The notes under the pieces were generated by a model. That model did no database searches, was not told the origin of the DNA, and saw only the letters and a program-made list of their open reading frames with translations. 64,000 nt of DNA from Eledone cirrhosa (Eukaryota): NCBI GenBank assembly GCA_964016885.1, contig OZ024745.1:83080001-83144000 (forward strand), written 5' to 3'. Positions 40,008-51,950 of this stretch are shown piece by piece (the stretch's first letter is position 1; each line of letters starts with the position of its first letter). The translations under genes and the position numbers were made by a program.

Positions 40008-41734
40008 CTAGCAGAAGTACCCGGCGTTGCCCGGGTGTAAGTCGACCTTTGGTCTGTTGTTAAAATGTTTGAAAGTTACTTCCCGCGCATCACAGGTGCA
40101 AAAATCCTCGAACCTCAAGGAAAAAAACAGAGGTTAGTATACGCAGGTGTGTAATTGAGCATAAATAATGGATCAATTGTAGGTTCACAGTGTATCGTTG
40201 AAATTGTTCTTTGCAAGACTGACGGAAGTCAAATTCACTTGAAATTGAATTTTCAGTTGATTTATAAAGCAGGGTGAAAAAGTCGATTTTTTCAAATTTT
40301 TTTTTTTTTTACAATTTTGGCGCTCACATGTGCAGAAGAAGAAATAAAAGGGACTTTATCTGAATCGCGGCATAATGGACGATTCATTTGCGACAGTTTT
40401 CACGAAAATCGGACGTTCCTGTAAAAAATTATCCCATCTGCAACTTTGCCTTGTTTTTTGCGCAAAGTCGAACCCCCGCTTCAGTTTTATTGATTTTTTA
40501 CATGAACGCGTGACCTCTGAAGTAGATTTGAGTAGCTAAAGACCTGTCCCGGTAAATTTGCTATATGTGAAAAAAAGTTGATCAAAATTGCGTCTAGGGT
40601 TATTGCCTCAAGAACATGTAATTAAAAAGATTTACCATGGACTATCGTGCACGTTGGTCTTGTGTTTAGCCTGCGAAAATCGGTGATCAAATGAGGCAAC
40701 AATAAGCCATACTGATGACGTTTAAGCGGGTGGCAAGGAATTGATGCGGCATAGATAGCCATGGGAGTCTTGAAGGAGCACGGCGGTCAGGCAAAAGAAA
40801 GGGCCGAGGATGGGATGGTGGCTGACAGTGCATAGAGGTGGCATCCTGAGGCATGGGGTGGACGGTGGCAAGGATGCCGCATGGTGATCCATGGCAGTCT
40901 TGAAGGAGCACTGCGGGCAGGAAAAAGAAAGGACCAAGGAGGGGATGGTGGCTGACAGAGCATTGATGCGGCATGGTGATGCATGACGATGCAGTGGGAC
41001 GACGGCGTGCAGGGAAGAGAGATGGCCGGGATTGACGGTTGCAGGGATTCCGCATGGAATCGTGAAGGACAAAGTCGTGCGGGTAAGGGAGTGGGAAGGG
41101 GAGGGCATGGGGGCTGACAGAGCATGGATGCGGCATGGTGAGGCATGACGATGCAGTGGGACGACATATATATACACACACAGATATATATATATATACA
41201 CACACACATACATATATACATAACTATATATGTGTGTGTTTATCTATGTATGTATTTTATCAGCAGGCAGGAGGTTTTGGGCTGCGCCAGTGAGGTGGAA
41301 GTGAGGGAAAGAGAGTATATACATAACTGTACATGTGTGTGTTTTAATCTATCTATGTATTTTATCAGCAGGCAGGAGGTGTGGCTGCGCCAGTGAGGGG
41401 GAAGAGAGGGAAAGAGAGTAAGTTAGAGTTGTCGTGATTTTTGCCTCTGGTGATCGAATTATCGATTTTTCGAAAATTTAATGTAGCGCACGTTTATCCC
41501 CGGATCAAAATACACACTTGCGTCGAGTTTCATCGATTTTTGAAAATATCGACTTTTGGCTTCTGGACTCCCGATTATCGATTTTTCGAAATTTTCAAGT
41601 AGCCTATTCCACTCTACGCGTTGAGTTTTATATATGTGTGAGGTTTCATGAAAATTGGATGAACGGTGTAGCATGAAAATTGGATGAACGGTTCGACACA
41701 CTAAACAACGCCCAACTTCACTTTATATATAAGA
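40008..41734 (-). mobile_element. Non-autonomous Helitron, copy 2, fused head-to-tail with copy 1
   Basis: Same termini, with A before the 5' TC; near-identical terminal ~430 bp and ~300 bp; extra internal GC-rich repeats at 40715-41165. Confidence 0.88.
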
Positions 41735-43192
41735 TATATAAATATATATAAATATATATATACATGCTTGTGCATGGGTTTTGAATTTAGCTTTAGATAC
41801 ATTCAGTACTACACCAATGGGACTGACGGACAGATTTTAACTGCAATTATTTGCTACACGTGTGTTCTTTTCTAAATGATTATTACGAATTCAACTAGAA
41901 AACTATATAGAATGAATACATGCTCTGCCTCGAAGTTATTTAGCCGTATCTCAACACGATATTCTTCTATTTTATATTAATATTCTGAGTCGTACGTTTC
42001 TACATTTTGTTTTAGTATATGTATTATCAATTATCGTTTTTCAATATTTGTTTCATACTTCCTTTACACCAGTGTGTGTTTTCAAATTGTAACATTTATG
42101 TGCATATTAACACTTTTTAATTAATTTGTTTACCACGATTTTACATAGGAAATAAAGGCATTCAATATTCCCATAATTTCGCCAGGTATATTTGCCTCCT
42201 GCACAGGCATGATATATTTAGTTAATCAATATCTACTTTAAGTGGATTTTGATCTGAAACATTGAACAGGAAGTGCCTATGAAATCTATGAATACTCTTT
42301 ATTTTTTAAGCTAAGTTGAAGCTTGTTTCTTCATCATTTACGGACGTTCCTTAATTGACTAACGATTTGTATATGCCAAAATACTTCTCTGCGAAGATAG
42401 CTAATACTACAGGGATATTTCCAAAAGATTTCACATTTATTTTGCAGCTGAAACTTAAATAATTATTTTATTGATATTTTTCACAGGTAATGAAAGTAGA
42501 TATAGCTCTATACCCTTGCAGCGTTTCCCAGCGTAGGTCTGCTTGCTTCTATAGCGGCTACCAAGAAAAAGGAAATAAATTAATGAACACAAAGAAAAAC
42601 ATTGAAAACATACACAAAAAAAACAACGTTTTTCAAAAACTCATAAGATATAGAACACAGCAGATGAAAATAGATGGAAAGAAAAGATTGCTAATGGAAT
42701 AAAAGAAGAGAAAAATGAAAATATGTTGGAATTCGGTTTAAAATCTAAAGCCAGTAAGACAAGGAGAAAATAAATCGACGTTTTGCAAGAAAATTACGAT
42801 TTGTCTTCAGCCTGGTTAAAGTGATTAATTCACAATTGTAAGACACAGAGATCAATCATTGTACTTGCCGGGGCGTCGTATCCTTGAGCAAGGCGCTTCG
42901 CTTCATGATGCTTCAATCAACTTGGCAGGAAAATGAGTACGACGCCTTCTCCATTCTGTCCGCCGAGGCTGTGGGGAGGCTAGCACGTGGGACTCCAATT
43001 GTTCACCATACAGAGAGATGGGGAGGGCGAGAGAGATAGAGGCGATGACAGTGAGAGTTCGGGTCTTCCTTGTGGTTGTGTTTATTATCTATATAGAAAA
43101 TTACTTATTTCCCAAGATTTACTTACTGTAGTCACTAAAATATTCCATCTTCTACTTAGAGCCATTTAACACCCAATGAAATGGGAAGAAGT

Positions 43193-43833
43193 TATATTTA
43201 TATCAATACAGAATGTGGAACCGAGGCGGTACCAACGTGCATAAATATATACACATATCTAATTTGTAGATACGAAAACATGCCAGAAAATATGAATTTC
43301 CTTGTGAATTGATAAAATGATAAATATTCTTAATCGAATTGATTGAACTTTCATCAGAAGATGTGTATATATTTATACACACAAGGTCAGTCCTGATTGC
43401 ACAGTTATACAGTTATAACGTTATCATTCACTTCGACTGCTAGCATATTTCTTACTATATATATTAATTAATTACTAACATAATTGCTAATTACATGCAA
43501 ATTAGTATGCTCATTTCAGAGTAATACTAATAGCGAATGGATAAATATACACTATCAAATACATGTTTCCTTGTGGTTGATTGGATGATTATAGAAATCT
43601 GATGATTAAATTCGTGTGTTGATGAAATTCGTATTTTCTGGTTTATTTACATGCCTACATATGAGATACGTGTATAATCATATACACGTTGGTACAGCAA
43701 CGGATACACACTCTGTACTCAAGCAAATATAATCTTATCATACATCTCGGATGCGAGTGCAGCAGCTCGTACTATATATATTTATGCACCTTGGTACCGC
43801 CTCGGTTCCACATTCTGTATTGATATAAATATA
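43193..43833. mobile_element. MITE-like / fold-back element with ~59-bp inverted termini
   Basis: 43193-43251 (TATATTTATATCAATACAGAATGTGGAACCGAGGCGGTACCAACGTGCATAAATATATA) is the near-perfect reverse complement of 43775-43833. Confidence 0.65.
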
Positions 43834-43983
43834 TATATTGTAATAATAAATGTAATCTGAATTTTTCGAATATTAATAATAATAATATTAGATTCGTTTG
43901 CAATTATGCAAACAAGCCTAAATTTTAAAGCCATGTCAGTAGAATGAGCCCCTCATTCTTGCTCTTGTGTTGGCATGTAAACA

Positions 43984-44034
43984 GAACTGCATGACACTAA
44001 TGTTTCTGGGTATCACCCTTCATCAGTACAGTTC
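43984..44034 (-). ncRNA. Type I hammerhead ribozyme motif (family C, copy 1)
   Basis: GAACUGUA CUGAUGA AGGGU-GAU-ACCCA GAAACA-UUAG-UGUC A UGCAGUUC; one extra base after the triplet. Confidence 0.72.
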
Positions 44035-44414
44035 ACTGTTCACCTGCCAACTGTCGAAAATATATGATATTTTCTAAGATATACAGTGACTGACTGGCCT
44101 GATTTGCATATTAGCAGACTGACTCATAGTCAGATCTGCATATTAGCAGATCCACTGATCAGCCAGATTTGCATATCAGCTGACTGGCCAATCAGTTTCC
44201 TGTATACGAGCGATAAATGGCCGGCTTTACCATATTCAAAAAAAAAAAAAAAAAATTTCGCTCTACATGGCTAAATACAATAAATGTAATCTGAGTTTTT
44301 CGAATATTAATAATACTATTTTATTCGTTTGCAATTATGCAAACAAGCTTCAATTTTAAAGCCATGTCAGTATAATGAGCCCCTCATTCTTGCTCTTGTG
44401 TTGGCATATAAAAA

Positions 44415-44464
44415 GAACTGCAGACACTAATGTTTCTGGGTATTACCCTTCATCAGTACAGTTC
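44415..44464 (-). ncRNA. Type I hammerhead ribozyme motif (family C, copy 2)
   Basis: GAACUGUA CUGAUGA AGGGU-AAU-ACCCA GAAACA-UUAG-UGUC UGCAGUUC; all three stems present, GUC triplet. Confidence 0.82.
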
Positions 44465-44750
44465 ACTGTTCACCTGCTTTAAAACTGAGGCTTGTTTGCA
44501 TAATTGCAAACGAATCGAATATTATTATTAATATTCGAAAATCTCTGATTGCATATATTGTATTCAGCCATGTAGAGGGAAATTTGTTTCTTATAGTAAT
44601 GATAATTACTATATAAGACTACAATTCGAAGTAGTCTCGATAAGGATTGTATAATATATATATATATATATAACCCGTTGAGCAAGCATCGATTCTTTGC
44701 TTAAACTTTAATCTGTGCAAATAATATATATATGTATATATATATATATA

Positions 44751-45698
44751 TAATAAAAAATTGAACAGGGACAGAAGAGAGAGGCAGTACGACAAATGTT
44801 TATTAGCTTCACGCTCAGGAGAGTGGGGGGTAGGTGGAGGACGACGTTTCGGGCATAAGCCCTTCTTCGGGTAAGAGTTCAAAAGGTGTGTAGGGGAGTG
44901 GTGGAGAGACATATAGCGAAAGGAAACGGTGCGAATGAAAAATTAACAAATAAAGACAAAATTATAATAAATAATAAATAAAAATAAAGCATGATCAAAA
45001 TACAAGGAATGAGAACATTTAAAAATAAAGGCATGATCAAAATAAACTGAAATTAAAAGGGGGGTAAACAGGTGGTGGAAGGGTGTGGGGTGAGTAGAGG
45101 TGGAGGCGGGTGGAGTGGGGAGAGGGAGACGGGGTGTCCGAGCGGGGAGGGCTGAAGGTGGTGTGTGTGGTTAGGTGTGTGTGTGTGTGTGTGTATGTGA
45201 AAGTGAGGGTTGGGGGAAGAACGGGGTTGCATGTTCAGGAAGGTGTGTGTGGGGGGTGTTTTTGTGTGTCGGAGGGTCTGTGCGTGTGTGGATAGGGGGT
45301 GGGGGGAGAGGAATCAGGGGGCTGAGGGTGTAAATATGTGGTGGGAAGCACGTGTGTGTGGTTTAAGCGTGTTGTGGGTGTGGGTGGCGTGTGGATAAAA
45401 AAATTTGTTTTGGGATGTGTGTGTGGGTGAGTTATATAGGTGATGGTGTTAGAGGATGGTTGAAAGTGGTAAGTTACACGGATGTATGGAGATTTTGGTT
45501 GGAAGTCAAAACGCGTGTGGGTAATCCAAGAAGCGGTGGTCGGAAGAGGAGAGATGTGGGGTGCGCGCGCAACAGGAAGTGGTCAGCGGTGGAAGTGCTG
45601 TGGTCAGTGGGTGCTGAGACAGTGGTCGGAAGGGCATAGCAGCAGTCAGCGGAATGGTAGGGAGGCGAGGATGGGTAGGTGTGAGAGTTGGAGTGAGG

Positions 45699-45737
<39 letters not shown>

Positions 45738-46257
45738 TAGTAGGGGTGTTAGTGGGATGAGTGAGTGTGGAGTGGGGAGAGAAGGGTGTGTGTGGTTCTG
45801 TGGAGGGAGTGTGGTGTACTGGTGTGTGTGTAGTTTGGTGAGGAGGTGTTAGTGGGTGTTAGTAGACGGGAGGTGGGGAGGGGTGGAATGCAGGTGTGAG
45901 TGGGGGTTAGTGGGGGTAGGGTGTGTAGAGTGGTGGTGTACGAGGGTGTGTGGGTACGTGTGCGTGGGGTTGGAGGGTGTTAGTGATGTTAGTTGCGTGT
46001 GGGGTGGGTGGTGTAAGTGTGTGCGGGTGATAAGGAGGGGGGAGGAGGAGAAGAGGGGAGGGAAGGGATGTTAGTATGTTAGTTGGGGAAGGGTGGTTAG
46101 AGGAGGGGTGGAGTGGGGGTGTTAGTATTGTTAGTGTGGGGTGGGCGGTGAAAAGGAGGGGTGTGTTAGTGGTGTTAGTGGGGGATACGGGGGGAGGGGG
46201 GCGGTCGAACGCTAAAGGAATAAGGGTGGGGAGTTCAGGCCGGGGGGGGGGGGTCTG
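44751..46257 (-). mobile_element. 3' UTR/pLTR copy of the Penelope-like element at 51951-56140
   Basis: Reverse complement of ~54630-56140; includes a mutated hammerhead core (CCGAAGA..GAAAC) at 44843-44870; both ends in (TA)n. Confidence 0.9.
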
Positions 46258-46261
46258 TAAG

Positions 46262-46309
<48 letters not shown>

Positions 46310-46326
46310 ACATATATATATGTATA

Positions 46327-46381
<55 letters not shown>

Positions 46382-46457
46382 CGAAGGAAGTGTGGTAAGG
46401 AACCAGATGGACCATAACGCACCAGCGTACTCGATACTTTGGGTAGTAGAGTGGGTA

Positions 46458-46607
46458 ATAGGAAAATGATCAAGACACCGACGGCAGAGCTCAAGCCGTT
46501 TCGAGTCGAGAAATAGCCGTCGAAACGGCTTGAGCTGAAGGCGTATCGACGGCTATTTCTTGACTCGAAACGGCTTGAGCTCTGCCGTAGGGGTCCTTTA
46601 ACATTTT

Positions 46608-46612
<5 letters not shown>
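46458..46612. repeat. GC-rich fold-back, ~66-bp arms, 22-nt loop
   Basis: 46458-46523 is the reverse complement of 46546-46612; the loop repeats part of the arm. Confidence 0.9.
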
Positions 46613-46665
<53 letters not shown>

Positions 46666-47369
46666 TGTAAGCGTTAATCAAAGAAAGAGCTTCCTTTTAC
46701 AATTTTTAAGACAGTAAATTATACCGGAGTGATAGACATGTACGTCTAAGTGTTAACTTTAGGCACTGTAAGATGTGTCAGATTTCTTCCACTTTGTTAA
46801 TCAATAAGACATAAATCGGAAATATCAAACAATTCCAGCTGTCATCAATGTTTCTACGACGAATTATGTCCAATAGATTTAATCGACATGACAAAAAACG
46901 TAGGTATGTTTCAATTATTTAGCAACTTTGTATATTTAGATTACTTTTTCATCAATCATTCCTCGTTATTTCATATATAAACTATTTGATTGAAGATAAC
47001 ATTTAACTTTCATTTAATTATATACAAATAGTTTCTGAAATTTAATCTAATTGGTAAAAAATCATAAGTTTACTAAACATAACGCTGGATGAACTAGATA
47101 TGTTTATTTGATTGTTTAGTTGAGTATTTATATAACCCCATCCTTGAACATCGCATCATTTCTCTAGGAAAGTGGAACCATGGACATATTAAACGTGGAT
47201 TAAGATTCGAGCGACAATTTCTAGCAGGTCGAATGACTGCGCTGAGGCTTCGTCATTGTCTCGTCCACCCCATGTTATATTGAATAATGAACCTCAGATA
47301 AATCGATAGAGTGGGGTACACTCAGAGCCAATGTGAAATTCTATATGTGGCTGCTTGATCTGCTAGAAA

Positions 47370-48042
47370 TAATGATTTCTTATTTAGGTACAAAGCCAGC
47401 AATTTAGGGGATAAGGGAAGTCGATTATATCAACCAAATAATGGGGTGGTACTTTAATTTATCGGACCGGAAGGATGAAAGGCAAAGTTGACCTCGTCGT
47501 GATTTGAACACAGACCATAAACAGCTGAACGCAATAATAGAAAACACTTCGTTTGATGCCCTAACAATTCTACCAATTAGCAACTCTTCTAGAAACAATG
47601 ATTTCTATATTTGGGACTTGGCCAGAAATTTAAATGGAAGGAGGAAATCGAATAAATTAACTCCAGCGTGTTACTTATACTTTATTTTATCGATCCCGTA
47701 AGGAAGAAAAGCAAAGCTAACCTCGGAAGGATTTGAACTCAGAGCGTAAAGCGACGTAACTATATGTCGTAAAGCATTTTGTCTGGTGCATTACCGATAC
47801 TGTCAATGTACCATCCTTAACTCTGCTAGAAATAATTGTTTCTACTTTTGGCACAAGGCCAGCAATTACTCAGTACATTACTGGTACTTTATTTTATCGA
47901 CCCCTTAAGGATGAAAGGCAAAGTTAACCTCGGCGGGATTTGAACTCAGTATGGCAAGGGCCGTAACTCTATGCGTCAAAGCATGGCGTCCGACCCTCTA
48001 CCGATACTGCCAATCCACCGCTCCAACTCTGCTAGAAATAAT
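47370..48042 (-). mobile_element. Three serial tRNA-SINE copies; the best-preserved (47837-48024) has an 18-bp TSD
   Basis: A box TGGCAGTATCGG, B box GAGTTCAAATCC; AACTCTGCTAGAAATAAT at 47819-47836 and 48025-48042, with a variant at 47582-47599. Confidence 0.88.
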
Positions 48043-50724
48043 AACGTGAGATTTCTCTTGGAAAAATGCAGTGTATACTTTTCGATTAGGGTCATTCAAA
48101 ACGATATAGAAAGACGGTTTATAAACAGTTCTCAGGAAGCATGTTATATTACCTCGAAAAGAAATATTTAAAGACTATGAATTTGATAAGTATAAGTAAA
48201 AATAGGGATTCATTTAAATACTGAGGGTATGTCGATATGATTAAATCAACTCAAATATTTGAATGGTAATTAGTTATTTCATAGGACTTTGAAGGATAAC
48301 AAATAAAGTCCTATATGGTGGTAAATGATCCCTGATGTAAAGAGTCGTAATTGAATATCGCATTGCAATTTCACTGGTAGAAATTAACCTATTCTGCTAT
48401 TTTTCCGTCCCGAAATAATAAAATGTAAACAAATATAGATGAATGGTTACATAGTATAGTTGCACGCGAAATTAACGAAAGACGTAGAACAAATGAACAA
48501 AAGCATGTACCTTTCTCATTAGCCAGCCTTAGGTAATTCAATTTCGTGCATATTATTATGGGATGGTTGCATGACGGCTTAAAACAAGCCGCCAGAAAGA
48601 TGCATATGAGAAAACACAACATAGAGACATGGGACAACAAGTGATTTTCTTTTAACGGGAAACAGGAGATGATAGGGTGCAGACAATCTGTACAATTGGT
48701 TACGCTGAAAGGGGGATATATAAAATAGACCTTCCTCAATAAAGATGACACACACTATGGGAGGCAGAGGGAGAGAGGGGGGAATATGAGATAGAGAGAG
48801 TATACGAAAGAGAGAGTATGAGAGAGAGAGAGAGAGAGGGGTGGTAGAGACAGAAGGGGAGAGTTATTAGACATGTTATATTGATGCAAAACATAGCAAT
48901 GTGACTGTGATAGATGAGATTAAAATAATCACTAACCTGACACAATCGAAGGAAGAAAACAAAAATAAGTGTGAAAGAATAACATAAATGTAGCAAATAT
49001 CTAATTGGAAGGAAAGTATGATGAAGTTAAATGCTATAATTAGTAACTCTAGTTATGAGTTGGCAACTTACTGGTATCTGTTGAGCAACAGTGTAAGAAG
49101 ATGCCATAAACAGATATGTGATCACTATCACCACTTTTCCCAAACCATTTAATTTATATATTTTCTCATAATCTCGAATTGTTTTAGATATATTTCTGAA
49201 TGAGTCTTTATCGTCTCCAAGTCTGTTCTGCTATTTCTAAATTCCATTCAATGGCCTCTGCTAGTATTATCAGCAAGCTTGTTTTGTTTCTAGAATAGTT
49301 ACAACAGACTAAACAGCACATATATGTTGTAGGTGAAATACGATTATGTTCAAAATACAAGTTCCCATATATGATGTTTATCGTTGCACTCAATGATATT
49401 TAACTTAAAAGCAAACTATGAATCCGAATTTAATTTCTTTTCCTAAATAAGTTATATATTTCTGAAATTCTAGCATTTCAAGTTAATTATATTCATACTA
49501 CTAATATTTCTGTTTAAAGGTTTAAGCACGTATTCAGATATTACATCACACATATGGTACATGGTATATTATATTCTCAATTGAAGGACAAGATGAGAAA
49601 AGAATGCTTCAGCGGAATTCAATTATTGTTAAGCCTCGAACATAAAAAAATGTTTTAAATATTCTTGAACATACTTTATATTAAACAAATAAATAACAAC
49701 TTCCTTATAATAAATTGGAAGTGAAATGAAATGAAAATCTATTATGGAAGGAAAAAGAAATACTGAATGTTCAAGCTGATAATTACAAATTATTCCCCTT
49801 CGATAAACAGTGAATTAAAGGCCCTTATATAGAATTAAATTCGTTAATCAAACACCTGAACATATACCAAGAGGATAATTGTAGACTGATTAGTGTAATT
49901 TGAAAAGTGGGTATTAAAATTGTAAAACATAAATACAACAGCTAAGATTTGTTGAAATTAGTTCCGTATGTAGTTCACTTTCTTGTTCCAAAACTTTCTT
50001 ACTCCAAGTACAACATCGATATTTTATTACAATATAGTAATAAAATATGATGTAATATTCTAAAAACAAGTGAAAAGAATAAATGAAGGAAAGCATTACA
50101 ATGAACTAAATACATTTCTATTCATTATTAATCAGACATTGTATGCTCGAATATTCCATTCAACTCCATACGAGTCTCGTACTGTAGACAGAAGAGATTT
50201 CATCTGAATATCCATCTTATTAAAACAGCTAGACAAGGAATTCTAGTAAAGGCTTTGATCACCTTCAAGAAAATATAAGATGTGTAGAGGCATATTCATT
50301 TTTACTAGTAAAATCACTGAAGAAAGAACAACGGTCATATTTTGTTTCAGTCCTCCGTGAATGGAAGGAGTTCTTGAACCGGAAATTTGGCTGTAATATT
50401 TATGGGTGTAATTTCGGATTCATATTATCCAGTTAGGCCATGAAACCCTAGGTAGTGTTACAGACTTTGAGTACGCTTCATAATAAATTAGACTTGTTTA
50501 TAATAGAGCGCCTTTTTCTTTTCGTTGAAGCTCTCTCGTTCTCACCCTCTCTCTCTCTCTTTTTTCTCTCCTTCTCCCTCCCCCCTCTGTCTCTGTATAT
50601 ATATTCATATACATATATATATACATGTGTTCATATTTTTACACACACAAACACATACATATACTTGTATATATATATATATATAAATATATCGGAAAAT
50701 GTGTGAGATCCTTGGTACAGTTAG

Positions 50725-50909
50725 GTATATTTGAAAATAAAGGAAAAGAATGACTTCACTTGTAGTGTTAAAACATTTTATCATTTAATGTTATGATATT
50801 ATAATATTATAACATTAAATATTATAATATTAAATATTATAATATTATAACATTAAATCACACAATTTTTTAACACTACAAGTGAAGTCATTATTTTCTT
50901 TTTTTTCAA

Positions 50910-50915
<6 letters not shown>
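50725..50915. repeat. Fold-back with ~48-bp arms and AT-rich palindromic filler
   Basis: AATGACTTCACTTGTAGTGTTAAAA / TTTTAACACTACAAGTGAAGTCATT; the left arm also occurs unfolded at 35890-35965. Confidence 0.85.
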
Positions 50916-50991
<76 letters not shown>

Positions 50992-50994
50992 ATG

Positions 50995-51040
<46 letters not shown>

Positions 51041-51885
51041 AATATGAAAATAAGACGTGCTGCGTGGTTGCAAATGGGTTACATACGAATAAATTTAGTC
51101 CTTCATCAGTGATCTTCCAACCTTCATTGGTATTCCATCGCTTTAAAGACCATATACCGCCGGTTGGTGCGAGCAACGGCTAAAGAAAGTCATTGGGACA
51201 CGTAAATAAGGGGAACAAGCGAGACTGTAAACAATCAAAGATGGTAATGCAACGAAAAGTGAGGAAGAAGGAGTCAAGTCCCAGAAATCGATGAATATAA
51301 GTTCTGTGAAATCGTGGACGACAGAGAATAAAGACCATCAAACCGAGTCGAAATGTGAGCAAGGAAACAATTTCGCAAAAGTCAAACGGGAGGAAGAAGG
51401 AGTCTAGTCCCTGAAGTCGGTGAACATAAGTTCTGTGAAATCGTAGAGGAGAGAGAAAAAAAGGAACAACCAATTGGTCAAAGTGTGCGTGAGGAAAGAA
51501 TTTCGCACAGGTCAAACGGGAGAGGGTGGGAGAGGGAGTAGCAGAGAGTGAGTGAGAGAAAGGTGAGGAATAGGCTAACAGAGAGAGTGACTGTTAGAGG
51601 GGGTAAAGGGAAGTGAGAGATACAGAGAAAGTTATGTCCTTGAGCAAGACATTTTATTTCACGTTGCTCCTTCTACCTGGAGTTGCGACCGATAGATAGT
51701 ACTAGCAACTGGAAAGACCGACGAAAACATTGTTTCCTCGGTCCGATTTGACGAAAGTCGATCGATCCTTTTTTATATATATATATGTATATATATGTAT
51801 ATGGTTCTGATATATTACATATATAGGCTTATCGAGCCCTCTTTGGATTTTAGTCTTCAAATTTATTATTATTACTATATATATG

Positions 51886-51941
<56 letters not shown>

Positions 51942-51950
51942 TATATATAT

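Larger units (their letters stand above)
43845..44585 (-). mobile_element. Tandem direct repeat with two hammerheads plus a partial inverted copy (pLTR/retrozyme-like)
   Basis: 43845-44048 is repeated at 44280-44477; 44478-44585 is the reverse complement of ~44255-44360. Confidence 0.75.

Noticed and set aside
51070-51115. CTGATGA on the minus strand as a hammerhead (likewise at ~43355)
   Set aside because: No properly placed GAAA or convincing stems.
51180-51520. Minus ORF with a duplicated RFHRTY.HR..GLDSFFL block
   Set aside because: Probably a TE fragment with an internal duplication; family not identifiable.
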